64,000 nucleotides of DNA from Felis catus (taxonomy: Eukaryota): assembly GCF_018350175.1 (NCBI RefSeq), contig NC_058368.1:146818001-146882000 (forward strand), written 5' to 3'. The position numbers and the translations under genes were made by a program. Below the pieces are notes generated by a model. The model saw only the letters and a program-made list of their open reading frames with translations, searched no databases and had not been told where the DNA came from. Of this stretch, positions 1-13,703 are shown one piece after another (the stretch's first letter is position 1; each line of letters opens with the position of its first letter).

Positions 1-740
1 TTTGCACAAGACATGTTTGAGTGCACAGTATGAATGCTTTTCTCACTGCACACCCAGCACCCAGAACCTCCCTGTGCCAAGAGGAAGAATGAATGGAAAA
101 TTGAATCTGGGAGAAACAGCTATGAGGACTAAAGCAGCTGAGACTGAGGAGAGTTTAATACTGTGTAAAGAGTTACACTTATTATTATATGGAGAATGGT
201 AAGAGTTACTTCTTCTCCACTGAGAACTTAATGAAGTAAACCAGGTTTCAGTTTAGTACTTGAAACTTAGTTTAGAAATTACCAGAATCAATACAAAGGT
301 TGCTACAGATTGACTAAGAATCTCCTTTGACAGAATTACTTCGAAATGGAATCTTTTCCTCTTCGGTATCTTTTAAGTCTGATCTAGTTACAGGCAGAAG
401 AGGGTTTATGATCAGTGTTTCTTCAAACTTGGTCAGTGGTAAAACTTGGTCAATAAAAAAAAAAAAAAAGAAAGAAAAACGAAAGAGAAGGGACTCCAAA
501 AGTGTAATTTTTCATTAGGTAACATTAATCCATTAAAAAATTAGTTCTTTTTTGAAGTAACCTTTTTTTTTTCTTTTACCCTTTTGCTATTAGAATGGCC
601 TTTATTTCTTGGAATTAAGAGTTGTAGACTTCTCAAATTGTATATTTTTTGTGTGTTGAGCATTTTTTTTTAAAAAGAATAACCTTATGTCAGTTTCTCT
701 GTTGTTTTACTGTTGTTGGTTGGCCTTGTTTTCTGCTTTT

Positions 741-956
741 AAAAAATTTTTTTAATGTTTATTTATTTTTGACAGACAGAGAGACACAGAGTATGAGTGG
801 GAGAGGGGCAGAGAGAGAGAGAGAGAGGGTGCGAAAAAGGCCCCAGGCTCTGAGCTGTCAGCACAGAGCCTGACACAGGGCTCAAACTCACAAAACCGTG
901 AGATCATGACCTGAGCTGAAGTCAGATGCCTAACCAACTGAGCCACCCAGGCGCCC
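741..956 (-). mobile_element. Carnivore/felid SINE (SINEC)
   Basis: Reverse complement of the SINEC head (ends gccacccaggcgccc), (GA)n body and T-rich tail. Flanked by TSD-like ttgttttctg(c/t)ttt at 726 and 957. Confidence 0.95.
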
Positions 957-1822
957 TTGTTTTCTGTTTTGACTCTACACATAGGTGCAATCCAGTAGTC
1001 AGACCTTTGACCCAAATGATGGCTAAGGAATTGACCCTAATGATGCGTTCGAATTGTTCAGTGTGCAGAGGGACACTTGGATTTTTACCTAAGCCCTGAG
1101 ATTTATTGCACACATGGGGGTAGTAGAATGCAGAACTTGTTGGAATATACCCATTGCTCAAGAGAAAAGCCATAATTGAAAAAAAAAAAAAAGAAATCTT
1201 TGTTCAGTGATACAACTCCCCTCAGGGAGTGAGTCTATATAAACTTCAAGTGAACGTGGCATTTTCGCCTGTCATCTTGCATTGTTATATGAAAGCACAA
1301 GCTGTTGGAGAAGCTAAAGAGCATTTATGATGCCCTGAATTAGATGGCCAGCCATGGTCGCTTTCTAGTCTGGTCGTGGTCAGTCTGTTGCTTCCTAGGA
1401 TCCTCATGACTCTTGCGTCTTAATTTGAACATGAATAACTTGCGTCTTAAAATGTACTAGTTACTTCTTTTTCTTCCTCTGTAGTTTGAAATCACCTACT
1501 TTATTTCCAATTTTTCTCTACATTTTCCATCATTGTTTTATCTCTTCTTGTTTCTCCTCTCTACTTCTATTTCTCCACTCATTGAATATAAATCTTACCC
1601 TACCTCTCCACTCTTCTCTTCTTCCTATATTTTATTATATTTATCATATTATTCGATATTTGACACAGTCATCTGATTTATCATACAAAGCAGGGCATAG
1701 AATGTACAGGACAAGTATAATTACATGGAAAACAGTAGCGTGTAAATTGGAGCTCTCCTAGGCAGATGGGGAGATAGGGTAGAAGGGTAAAAAAGGGAAG
1801 GCAGAATTTAGTTTCCTTCCTT

Positions 1823-1910
1823 GCTCTGCCACTATCTAGTTATGTGACCCTGAGAGAAGTCATGCAGCTGCTTTGAAGGGGTCAAGTTTTTTATCCATCA
1901 ATTGGAACAG
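1823..1910 (+). mobile_element. MIR remnant
   Basis: ctctgccactatctagttatgtgaccctgag...caagttttttatccatcaattgg resembles the MIR core. Confidence 0.6.
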
Positions 1911-2109
1911 CTGATGACAAATGTCACTGCTTTATACACATTTTTATTATTGTTTTTATGTATTTTTTTTTCCTACTGGAGAGATCAGGCCCTCCTCCAA
2001 TCTGCTTATATTGCATTTTAGGACTGTCCTCCTCAGCAAACAAATTCATGGATTTTTAAAGGGATGATATCAATAATACTTGTTTAAATAGCCAATTCAA
2101 TTCACTTAC

Positions 2110-2229
2110 TGCTTTTGGCTGGTTATTCTTTGCTAGCTCTCTCTGAAAGAATATTGATGGAGTTTGGGACAAACTTAGCATCCCTTCACTTAATCAAAGT
2201 GCATTTGCTCAAGCTGTTCATTGACCCAC
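2110..2229 (-). other. Candidate exon of minus-strand gene, possibly with start codon (ATG at 2181; MLSLSQTPSIFFQRELAKNNQPKA, phase 0)
   Basis: Minus strand: acceptor gcagtttcag|GTGG and donor AGCA|gtaagt, in repeat-free sequence. Splice motifs only; no homology recognised. Confidence 0.3.
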
Positions 2230-5004
2230 CTGAAACTGCTTTAAATAATTCTTGAGCTAAGAGTTAGACTTCCCCCAAACCATTTTTATGAAAGAGTTCT
2301 ACAGTGGTTTTGTTTGCTGATAGGTTTTCCCAAATAAATTGAAACAAGGCGTGCATGAATAAAAGTAGGAACTGTATTTGATGTTTATAGTGTTCAATTC
2401 TGCAAGCTTTTGTTGAATATCTAGGGGGTGTGGAGGAAGCAGTGCATACACATATTAATAAGTTTAAGAACTTGTTTCTGAGTAACAGTCTGGCATTGCT
2501 GGATGAATAAATGAATGAAGCACATGTAGCAGGATTCTGATATGTCTAGGTCATAAACTATGTAAAACCCTAAACTGAAAGTAATACTTAAAAGTTGCAA
2601 ACATGTCATTCAAAGTTTATTGGCATGCAATACCTTCCTTTGGAATTGTGTTATCTATCCCAGCTCATATTGAGGTTGGAGATGGATTTATAGATATAAT
2701 ATAGTATTTTATATTTATTTTACATCTTATTTGACTCATTTTTCTTCTATGAAAAGAGTAAGCAGAGTAAACTATGGCTCTCCAATGTTGTAGTGTGTCC
2801 TCTTCACCCAAGAATCTCTCGAAGTGGGTTAATACCACAGGACAGGTGGTTGTCAAAATTCACTCATGTGACAGGAAGGAAAGTATGTACATTGAAACTA
2901 TAGTAAAAGATGACTTTCTCGCGATCATATGTTCTTAGTGACTTTTGCATGTGTAGCCACATCACATGGGTGGGATGGCATGTGGACACAGACACACCTA
3001 TTCATTCTGAAATTACATACTTAAAAATGTGTTTCTCTGCACATTTATATGGACAGTCAGTAAGACCCTCCTTTCTGGTCATTCAAAGGAAATCACAGAC
3101 ATGCTGTCAATATATTCCAATATTCTGGTTCTACTGTTAGCATATAATTCACAGTTTGTTGGAGAAAAAAAAATGGTATGATAGGTGGACAAGAAGACTT
3201 ATGGTTTCAAAACCTTAGAGTGTAGAAGAAATTGCACAGTAGCTTTAGTGTACTTTTGCCAGCTCTGGCTACATACTATCTGCAGGTGTTCTCACTGTCT
3301 ACTCAAAAGCTTTCCTTTACATGAGGTTTCTAAGTTTTCAGGTTCAGGCAGGAACATGTCTTCAATAATTAATAGTTTGTTTCTTAACCAGACAGTTCTT
3401 AGTAGAGGAAGTCAATAAGTACATTGTTAACATATTAACAAAAATACATTTTGATGATGGCGATGCTGAAAGAAAATCTCTTATCTTCCCTTCTATTTAT
3501 CTTTGGCGAATGGATCCTACTTTTGCTGCCCTGAAAAGCATAATTTTACCATAGAACATTAAAAATCAGAGCATATTTGATATGAATATTATATTGCTTG
3601 TTCTTAAAAGTGCATCCTTCATGGAATACAGAGGAAAATACTCATTTCCTATCATTACACATAAAGAAAATGGTCAAAAATCAAATCACATCATGAACAA
3701 TTCTTAAAAGATAATTCAATTTGTTAGAATATAAATTAATGTTGCTGCCACTTCTCAGGCCATCTCATAGTTTCTTTATTGTTTACTAGGCTAAATGCTG
3801 CATTATATTGACATTATAATAGTGATTATATTACAGAAGTAGTAAGTCCACATGCTAAATTTTGACTAAAATAAAAATTTCACTAAAATTTTCTTCATTT
3901 CTAGCCTAGAGTAATTTCTTCAAAAACCAAACACTAAAGCATGTACCTATGTTAGCATCGTTCTGGGGGGAAAAAAAAAAGCTTTCTCTGTAGAGTGAAT
4001 AAGTATGCTCTAAAGAGTATTCTTGCTAGGCACACTTGTGCAAGAAAGACTTCATTTTATAATTCATTCCTCTTTGATTCCATGATCAAAAATCTCAGTA
4101 GCATCAACAACTTACGTTGAGTAATAGAAAATTAGGCTTCAAAAATATTTTTTTCTTAATGTGTAAAATCAAATGACTTATTGTCATTATCAGTAACAGT
4201 AAATGATTTTTGAACATGGAACTAGGAATTTGGCACTAAATTAAGAACTCTACAAAGGTAGACATATTCCCTAGTGAACGGCAATTCAAATAGAACTTAA
4301 TTAAACACAGCATTTAAAAGAGATTGAAAGGAGCCCTTTAACCAACAATATAGACATATAAACACTATAAAACATTATAAAAGAATCAATATATATATAA
4401 AAGATTAAGAATTTAGATTGCTACCTCATTTTGTCCTAACAAATAACAAATCCAAAAACAGACAATAGCACATAAAATAAAACCACTTCCATTTTTTATT
4501 ACTCATTTACATCATCTTAAAACCATGGAAAGTTACTCCCTTTTTAATATTTTAATGTGCAAATATGAATAAAATTGAGAAATGTTAGAACTGCTTTTAA
4601 GTGTAGGTTACATAAAAACGAGTTTAGAATCTAGCTCATATGAATACTAGTAATTGGATGCAAACGTCCACAGGCCTTAGAATTTGAAAGAAAGATTTTT
4701 AAATAAAATATTTAGAAGCAGGGTTTATATGGGTAGAAAACTCATCATAGCATCACTTTCAATTAAACTATCTTTGAAAGTATGTCTAATTGAGGTAGCA
4801 AAACAATATTTTAGGACTCCGTTTCATTTAAAATCTTAGCATTTTTTTAAAAGCTCAAAAATTTAAACATCTCTCAGTTAAACATTATATTAACACTGGA
4901 TCTAAAAATACAACTGCACATCATCTACAAGACAGCTTTGGTGGCATCACAGATGTAACAGTCACAAGTTTTCTACACAATGCAAAACCCAACTCTAAAC
5001 TCAC

Positions 5005-5432
5005 CACGGCATCCCACATCTAATTCTAAAATAGTTGACAAACAACAAGAATCAGGCAACTCACATATATTTTTTACGGTGATCAGACTCTGAGAAGGTG
5101 TAGAAAGGTTTTAAATGTATGTCAATTCTGATTTTTTACTAAATACACGGAAGAACTTTATGATCGATGATTTACTGAGGTATCTGATTGTACTAAGTCA
5201 TGATAAAAACAAAAAAATCCATTAATGATCGTTTGCAGCAGAAACTTCTGTCTCCTTCTTGCTTGGTGCAGTCCCCACCTCTTTTGGCTGCCACTTTTAA
5301 GGTCTCTTCCAAGACCCTGAGGCAGGTTTAGTATTGGTTCACATCCTACGTCAAAGCACAATTCTCATCAGAATTCAGTTCATTGGCTTATGAGTAACAA
5401 AGCTTGTTCCAGCCCAAAAGGCTGTGTCTACA
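5005..5432 (-). other. Candidate 428-nt mostly 5' UTR exon of an unidentified minus-strand gene
   Basis: Minus strand: strong acceptor ttctccctttttgtgcag|TGTAG and consensus donor CGTG|gtgagt. Unique sequence with several upstream ATGs. Flanks are A-rich on +, consistent with minus-strand transcription. Confidence 0.55.
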
Positions 5433-6322
5433 CTGCACAAAAAGGGAGAATACAATATTCTTCAATTAACTTGGCAAATATCGACAGTGAAGCTCATTAA
5501 ATTGAGTTTCCAAATTGATTTTATGATGCAAGATACAGCCTAAGAATTCATCTTGATAGGTTTTTAAGTTATAGTAATCTTTGAAAGTATTTTTTAAGCT
5601 TTTAAAACAAAATTATCCTCATTTACATCTTCTTTAGCTGAGGAATTTGTTCATTCTGAAAGCAACTAAAATCATTAAATAATCTTCTTTATAGGCGCTG
5701 AAGCACTGACTTAGTCACTTAGAACTGACTACTCTAGACTCTAAAAATATCTACATAATTTATAACTTTCTTTTATAAATAATAATATCAGTTAAAACTT
5801 TTGTAGTATGTATTAGGCTTGCCTTTGACTTAGAACCAAATAATCATCTATGAGTATAAAACATAAAAGTGAGTTGTATTCTCGCAAGAAGCAAGGAAAA
5901 CATGTACACCTGAATCTCAAAGGTTTTCAGTGTCCTTGAACACCATAAAATTACCACCCCCACCCCTTCCACAGACCCTTCCTTTCAACCTGGCTCCAAA
6001 TTCCCACCACTAGAGTTACCAATGCTAAGTTTCTCAGGGTCTTTTCCATTTCAAATGTGACCGTGGCTTTGTAAATGTTAATGGAGGGTCTCAAGTCCCT
6101 GCAAGTGAGAGCCTAGGAGAGGTGCCTTTGTTCCTGGGTGGGTTTTGCCAAAGTTCAGAGGAAAGGAACAACTATAAAAACTATGTTTTTTACTCTTCCA
6201 TAATTTTCATAGAAAGCAGCATTCATTCCACGAACATAAAAGTCCCAAATTCTCATCAATGTTGAGCAAATGACAGTTGAGAATTATTTGTGTACTAAGG
6301 ACCTATGAGTAATCTCTTTTAC

Positions 6323-6396
6323 CTTGTTAACTTTAGCAGGTATGCAGATGTATTTATACCTAGGTGATGAAATGTGATCCTGAGAATACACAGTAC
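6323..6396 (-). other. Candidate 74-nt non-coding exon
   Basis: Minus strand: acceptor atttctcttgctttctag| and donor AAG|gtaaaa. Confidence 0.3.
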
Positions 6397-6687
6397 CTAG
6401 AAAGCAAGAGAAATGGTAACATTTGCACAACTCTTCAAAAAAGAAACTGCTGTCCAAAAACAGCACATACACAGCTCTCAGTCACTGTGCTCAGATGTTG
6501 GTAATAACTGCACACCTGAAAATAATGTGTAGTGCATGCTACAGAGCAAATACCGAGAGGACCACTAAAGCTACAAATGTCATGGGCAATAAAATGTCCA
6601 TGGCTGATTCAGAGATTGGGTTCTAGAAAAGTGTGCTTTTGTAAGCAGTCGTTTAAAGTGCCAAAGCCCCTACCAATGAGAAGCCTA

Positions 6688-6832
6688 CGAAAAGAACAGG
6701 AGAAGAGAAGAGAACAGAACAAGAGAAGAGAAGCAAGAGGGGAATAGGGAACTGGGGAGATGAGAGAGAGAAGAAGGGGAAGAGGAGGAAGAGAAAGAGG
6801 AGGGGGGAGGAGGAGGAGAAGGAGAGGAAAAA
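6688..6832. repeat. Polypurine (G/A) low-complexity tract
   Basis: About 145 bp of almost only G and A on +. Confidence 0.9.
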
Positions 6833-7069
6833 CCCAGCCGCTGGAAGAGAAGGAGCAGTGCTCCTTAGTGCTAATGGACACCTGAAAAAGGCGGCCGGCA
6901 GCAACAGCCACTGGAAATGGGAGAAATGACTTGAAGTACAGAAATCACAACCAAGAAAAACCCACCAGATAGGCTAAGTGAACAATCTGAGCAGATCCAG
7001 AGAGGGAAAACCCAGCTTTACATAGCTTAAGGGCCCCTAAATTATGTACTGTGCCATACGAAGCCACAA

Positions 7070-7595
7070 TTCACGTAATTATCCACTAAGCACCGCTTTA
7101 TGCCAGGCAAGTAGATATAAGGCTTCAGATCCCAAAGTCACCCTTCAGGGAGGCTGCAAAGAAGTAGCACGGAGCAGAATGCTAAGTGCATAGAGACGAC
7201 TCGGGATGCTGTTGGAGAAAGAGGAAGGGCTCCCCAGAATGCAATGGGATGGGAACCCTCTGGAGTTGTAGGACGCAGCAGCCTTGGCAGGCACCTAAGC
7301 CAGCCTGGGAGGGGACAGGCGTGGTTTCACAAAGAGGATGATGGCACAGCTGGATCTGCAAGACAAGGAGGTAGAGAAGGGGGCAGAGGATGTTGCTGTC
7401 TGTCAGAATAGCACGCACAAAGGAAATGAGCTGGGAGAGGCCTTGGGGCGCTGAACGGTTGCACGAGGCCCCGCGTGACTGCAGAGTAGGATAATCAGAA
7501 CAGCGATGTGGATAAGCTGGCGCGTGGTTGGACAGGCATCCAGGGCACGGGCAAGAAGGCCTTGCACGGCACGCTAATTTGCATTTTTCTTGATG
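7070..7595 (-). mobile_element. Ancient L2 LINE remnant, unusually CpG-rich
   Basis: Begins cactaagcaccgctttatgccaggca (cf. antisense L2 3' end gagcacctactatgtgccaggca) and continues with the typical purine-rich antisense L2 pattern. Confidence 0.55.
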
Positions 7596-8099
7596 CCAGC
7601 CGGTTTTCTAACCAAATCCTCACCACCACTGCAAGTGGCTTAGTTTATCTTTACATATCTCAAATTAATACCCTAAAAATATAACTGCTAGAGCACATCA
7701 CAAACAGGGATTTTCTTACACGTGTCGTGTTTTATTGACTAAGGAAGATGCATCCGTAACACACTTTCCAAAGATTTCTAGTGTTTTACAAGAGTATGAT
7801 GTAAACATTTCAAAGCCTATTAGGCTAACTTTTAGTATTGGGTTTCACCTACTGTTCCGAAATGCCAGATTCACACAGATGTTACTGTACGTTCAACATC
7901 AGTGTAGTCACAGAGCACACCAAAAATTTAATACATTTTCATACTGGGTTATATCAAAAGAGTGTCAAGCCGCATACTTGAAAGTAGTTCTCTGAATATT
8001 GTGTGGGATTCAAGAGCAGAATATACACCATTGCATGGGTGCGTAACTACTGGAATACAAACTCCAGAAGGGTAGAAACTATGTACCATGATATCCCCT

Positions 8100-8210
8100 G
8101 GGACCCACTGGGAGTTCAGGGGCATTGGTGTTGCACTGTGCACTGCAGAATGGATGGCAACCCCCAGTGTTGTACAGTACACAACCTACACAACCATATG
8201 TTTTAGCCTT
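8100..8210. mobile_element. MER91-like hAT-Tip100 remnant
   Basis: gatggcaacccccagtgttgtacagtacacaacctacacaacc resembles the recalled MER91 terminus. Confidence 0.45.
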
Positions 8211-11200
8211 CTTGATATGAGACATAACACACACGCACACATACACACAACTAACCTGTTGAAACAATCATCACATTTTATACAAATGAAACAATCATAA
8301 AATTTTCAAATGATTAATGAACCACCTCAAAGTGATTCCATGTTAATGTTACAGAAGTTTAAGCCCCACTGAGGACAAAAACTGGATTTCAGAACTTTAT
8401 GATATTTTATAAAGATACTCCTAGCATCGTGTGAGTTTCCTCTGAGTGTACATGAATAATAACGAATGAATTATTCAGTACTTACAGCTGATGTAAGGGT
8501 GATCCAGAGGTAACTAGTTACCGGAGTAACTCAGTTACTCCATTGCTTGTGTGGATTGCTACGATCCTTTCTCGCTTACCTCAATCTCAACCTGCCGTGG
8601 GCATATCTTGCACGTTTGCTGCTCATTTGAAGCACATAATCTAACATAAAAGACCACTTTTGGCCCAGGGCCTATGTCTTCCCATGCCTTTTCTCAAGTA
8701 TGTCCACACAAGCTTTTGGAGTCCGTTTGTGGAAGAACATAAAGCATGAAAGTTACTGAAGCATTTACACAGGCTCTCGTTGCTAACTGCCCACCTCCTC
8801 TACCTCTCTCACCAATCCCTCAGCCATCTTCTTGATAGAGTATTCTCACACTGGCGGAAAATAAACATAGCATAAGCCTCTGAAAGCTTAGTGTGAGTGA
8901 GCCCATATTTCGTCAGTATTTCCCATTTTATTTCTTCACACTGGTACTTTGGAGATTGTCTGAAGTTGTACCTCCAGTGAAGGCAGAGTCAGACAAAAAT
9001 TAGGGATGTAATATGCAGTCAAATAGGGGGAAGAACAGGAAAGGAAAGAACAGGACTTGAGGCCAAATTTTCTGTCTCATTTCCTCCTACCTGCTAATTT
9101 AAATTTACTTAAGAATCATGTCCTCTGGCCAACTCCTTGCATGATTATCTGACCTCTGTGTTAAAAAGGGAAAGACATGACCAGGAAAACAAAGAAGCAG
9201 CAGTTGTGAGTGGTGAAAAGGTAGCGTAGGGAACAAGACCAGTCTGTCCAATATAATCACCTTAGTGAGGGGTTCTGAACTCTGCTGGTCTCTTCCTGCA
9301 CAGCTTCTAGAACCCTCCCTTGGCTTATATGAGAGGCAAAGATAGTGAAAGCCACGTACTTTAATTCTCATCTGAGTTGGTAATAGCAAGAGCAGCAACG
9401 AAATAAAAAGGCTCAGTGTGGTTGGACTTCAGGTGGTAATTTCTAGCAATGAATTCTGAAGCAACCGTGTCACCTCTTCATTCTGCTGATGCTGACTAAA
9501 AATGTAGTGCAGCAAATCCAATGCCAACACAGGCACAGGCCCCACCCCTCACGCCATCCCAGCCATTTCAGAGACTCAGCATGTGAACTCAGGAAAGTTC
9601 TTGAATCTACACTGCCAGGCCAAAGGGTGGGAGAGGAGAGTAAAACAGGTGGGGTGCAAAGTGACACAAAACAAAAGAAGGTCAATTAAATTTCAGGAAG
9701 TTCAAAGCAGGATAAGGTTTATTTTCTCCACATCTGGGAGGGTGTGTTGTTGTTTTTGTTTTTTCATTCCTGATTTTCAAGGGGAGAATTTCATTCTGTA
9801 AAAATTCCATTAGAGAAAAAAAAGCTAATAGGTTAAGTTGGCTGTTTGTAAGTTAAGATAGTTAATGTGACAGGTATTTTAAAGTATATGCAAAAGAGGA
9901 AATGTACTTGAAAATACTGAAAGGACTTCAACATAACTGGTATAACAAGGGCAACTAGTTATTAAAAAGCAAAACACACTCACACCCACATACACACACA
10001 CAGAGGAAAAGAGGGAAAGACAATGATCTCACTGAATCATTAACCTCAATGATCTAGTCCAGTCAAAATCAATTTTTTAAAAACTGCACAATTGGCAAAA
10101 AATACCCTGTTCAGCAAAAGCATAAATTTCTGTTTAGTGTTCTGCAGAATGACAGAATAAATATCTACTCACTGGCATAGTATTCAAAGCATTTATTCAA
10201 CAATGTTTTAGAAGTAAGCATATAAAATGCAATCCATAGCCCCAAATATCTTACCATTATGGAATCCAAACCAGCAATGACCTCTTGAAATCCCATTGGA
10301 TTGCATTGGATGTGACACTAATGTGATTAGATGCTCAGTTTCCCCAACTAAAATGTAACTCCATTGCCCTTATTGTATTATCAGCCCTTGAATCTCCAGC
10401 ATGCAGGCTGGAAGAATGTCTTCAGACTATTGTGTAAGTGATCTGTCAATTTTAATATTTTAGGACATCCTACTCTTTAATATGGATAATGAAAAAAAAA
10501 AAGAAAGTATCAGGAGAATTGATTAACTTTGTATTTTTGTTCTTTGGTGTTACAATATTTAAATTATGGAAGTGCATTTATAAGAACATTCCCCGTTACT
10601 GCTCTTCAACTGACACATCAAAAGGCTGTTTTTACCCCCTTGGTTTCATTAAGAAACAAATACTGGATAGACAAGAATTTCTAGTCACAAAATAAGCCAA
10701 ATGGGATGAAGAAAATGTGTTCTCATATCCCTCAATTCCTTCCTTTGTTTCTTTTCTTTCTTCTTCCTTTTTCTAGAATACCCTGATGTCTGAGACATTT
10801 TACCTATTCATGGATTTACATTTCAAGGCTCTCTCCTCAGACCTGCCATCCCTGACCCAAGTGATAGCTATTTTCTGACCCTCTCTACCCTTAAATCCAG
10901 TATTTCCTTTGCCTTTAGTCTTCTGTTGGTCTCTTGCTTCTTGAACAATGCCTTTGATTTTTATCTTCCATAGTGAACATTTTAGGCAGTGGGAGAAATA
11001 TTTTGCTCAGGAAGTCATCCCAATGACCACTGAATCACACCATCCACCTTGGCTGCCTTTTCTGAGGCACAGGCTATGTTTATCTCTATATAGCAGAATA
11101 GTTCCTGCCATTCTTTATTTGGTTCTCTTCACTAGTTAAACTTTTCAATATCCACAATGGATCTGGCATGAAATCACTGGCATAGTCCCCACTTTAAGAA

Positions 11201-12530
11201 GTCTTCATTCTTAATTGTAAAATGAAGTTGCTTTAAAATACTACCATAATTGGCAAATCAAATTCTCTCCAATAATTAAATGCACATGAAAAGCAAATGG
11301 TTGTTGACCTCTTTTGTGGGTGCCCATGATTGTGGATAATTTCCTGGGATAGTATTTGGCAAATGCGGGCAGGTTTGAATCTTTTTTTTTTTTTTACTTT
11401 GGAAAATGGATATTTGAGGAAATGTTATTTAAATGGGAGACATTAGTATAGACTGAGGAGACAATAACGCTGTAAGATGATGCATTCAGGGCAATAGTGG
11501 ACAGAGGCAGAAAACTTCTATCACTTTCTGCTTATGTACAATGAGAAATAGCTACTAATAATTCTACGAATAAAGCCTTAAACTAAGAAAACTGAGCTGA
11601 AGGCCAGACAATATTCATTTGCTCACTGGTGCCCATTTGGCCAATAGAAGATGAAGCCTATCAGCACCATGGGGGAACTTATTCACGCTTATGTACAATT
11701 CTTCGTACAGACATTGTGTTGGTACAGACAAAAATGCCATTTAAAATGAGCTTGCCTGGAGGACTTGCAAAGTCTACAACAGGTACAGATAAAGTCTACT
11801 TTATTGGAGTTTTCTCAGTCCATTAACCAATCATTCTAATTATTAGGCCCCCATTTATATAAGATTTTCTTTTTTCACGACAAAATTAATTTGGCCATCT
11901 TTTCTGTTTGGGGTGGATGGTGGGGAGGGTTTGGAGTCACTGGATTTAGCCAAGTCTCTAACTGAATATTCTGAGCCTAAATGGTGACTCTTTTCATTGT
12001 CAAACTGTTAGGTAGACAAAGCCAGTGTAGTAATGAAAACCACAGTTATGGGTATTTGAGTAGTGACGATTACTAATACTGTCAGCCTGTCTTATGTTTC
12101 TCTGGAGGGAACAGCTGCCCAAATGGTTATTTTTTGGGCAATAAATGTCCTCAAAACGGAAATACAATTTTTTTTCCACTGGCCAGCCAAGAAGTGTAAA
12201 AAGGAAAAAGGAGACTTTGGAAGAATGAAGTGCTGACAAAAACCTACTTCAACTACTTTAGTGTTTTGCCTAGGGCAGGCTGTAATGGGGGTTGGGGGGG
12301 ACAGAGGGTGGATGGTATCTGTAGAACACATGGGGTGACTTCAGTCTTGAAAGTAGAATCAAATATGCAAACTGAGGCCAAGTAATGGACAATTTTTCTC
12401 AGAAATGGAAGAAGTTATTTATTTGCCAAATATCCTTAGATATTCTAAATTTATTGTATGCTGATTTTAATACAGAATGTAGTATGCATGTAGGCATCTA
12501 TTTCCACATAAAAATAATAAAACCAAGTAG

Positions 12531-12533
<3 letters not shown>

Positions 12534-12574
<41 letters not shown>
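12534..12574. repeat. (AC)n microsatellite, about 20 units
   Basis: Seen directly. Confidence 0.99.
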
Positions 12575-12576
<2 letters not shown>

Positions 12577-13703
12577 TACACTCAGTTAATTCTAAGTCCA
12601 AATATATATGCATCTTTAAACTTTTTTTCTTCCACTGGATTTACATAGAGTTTTCCCTCTTAAAAGTCGGAGATAGGAAATTCTATATTAATAAACATAA
12701 AACATTAAAATTCATCCTTCCTTAGTTTCAAAGTTAAATAACTAATATTATTTTACATTTGCAGTATTATTTGTTCACTATTTTCTTCAAAGAACTATTT
12801 GTTAAGAGACCACCCAGAAGTTTGAACTAATTGAGGAAGCAATCTTTAGCTTACTTGAGAAGAAAGACTGCATGGAACACATTCCTGGCACTAGTCCTTG
12901 GTCATATCTACTTGGATATAATGCAAAGGACAATCATTTTGAAAATACCTTGGTCTTTTCTTTTTGCCCTTAAAAGCCCAAGACATTCATAGTTAAGAAT
13001 CTCTGATACTTTTTTTTTCAGAAAAATTCCTTCATAATTTGAGGTTTAGAAATGCCAGGAATAAACGAGCCACCCAAGGAGATCATAAAAGCCAAAGTCA
13101 CAGATGTAGAAACAGGTTTTTAGTAGTGTGATGAATCTGAGTTTGGGAAAAGTGAAAGATGTAATTCAAAGTAGAGCATTTAGGCCTTGGAATTCTCATT
13201 AACTATTTGGTCATGAGAGAAACATCTGCAAATCGGGACTAAAAGGTTTATGAAAAAATATTGAGGGAACACATTGGAACCTAGAATAAGAAAAATGTTG
13301 GGCAACTTCTATTTAGAGCCAAGTTAATGGTATTTTCATCAGTACAATTGTAGCATTTTAGGGTTATTAATATGAGTTTGATATTGCGACAAGAGCCACA
13401 AGTCCATTTTCTTAAAGATTTCGCCCATTTTCCTCTCTTAAATTATGATATTTGTCTGCCTTTTCTCCACTCAGGGAAAAGTACCTGATATAATTTGAAA
13501 ACCATTTATGTAACTATTTGTTAGATATTCAAGCATGTTAGTATGATTAATAACTAAGTAAATCCTTTAGTACTGTCCTGTCTACTTTATTAAAATAAGT
13601 CACATATTTTTATTATCATAAGTTTCTATTTATATATATGTGTATTACTTTAGAAAAACTACAAAAATAAAGAAAAGCAAAAGATGAAAATAAAACCATG
13701 TAG

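Noticed and set aside
2..499. ORFs 2-202 (+) and 314-499 (-) as coding exons
   Set aside because: No recognisable homology; the second ORF runs through a poly-T tract.
1413..1450. Short direct repeats (also at about 23805, 49796, 56181, 62421) as a CRISPR-like or functional array
   Set aside because: Isolated two-copy micro-duplications typical of replication slippage; eukaryotic DNA with no array.
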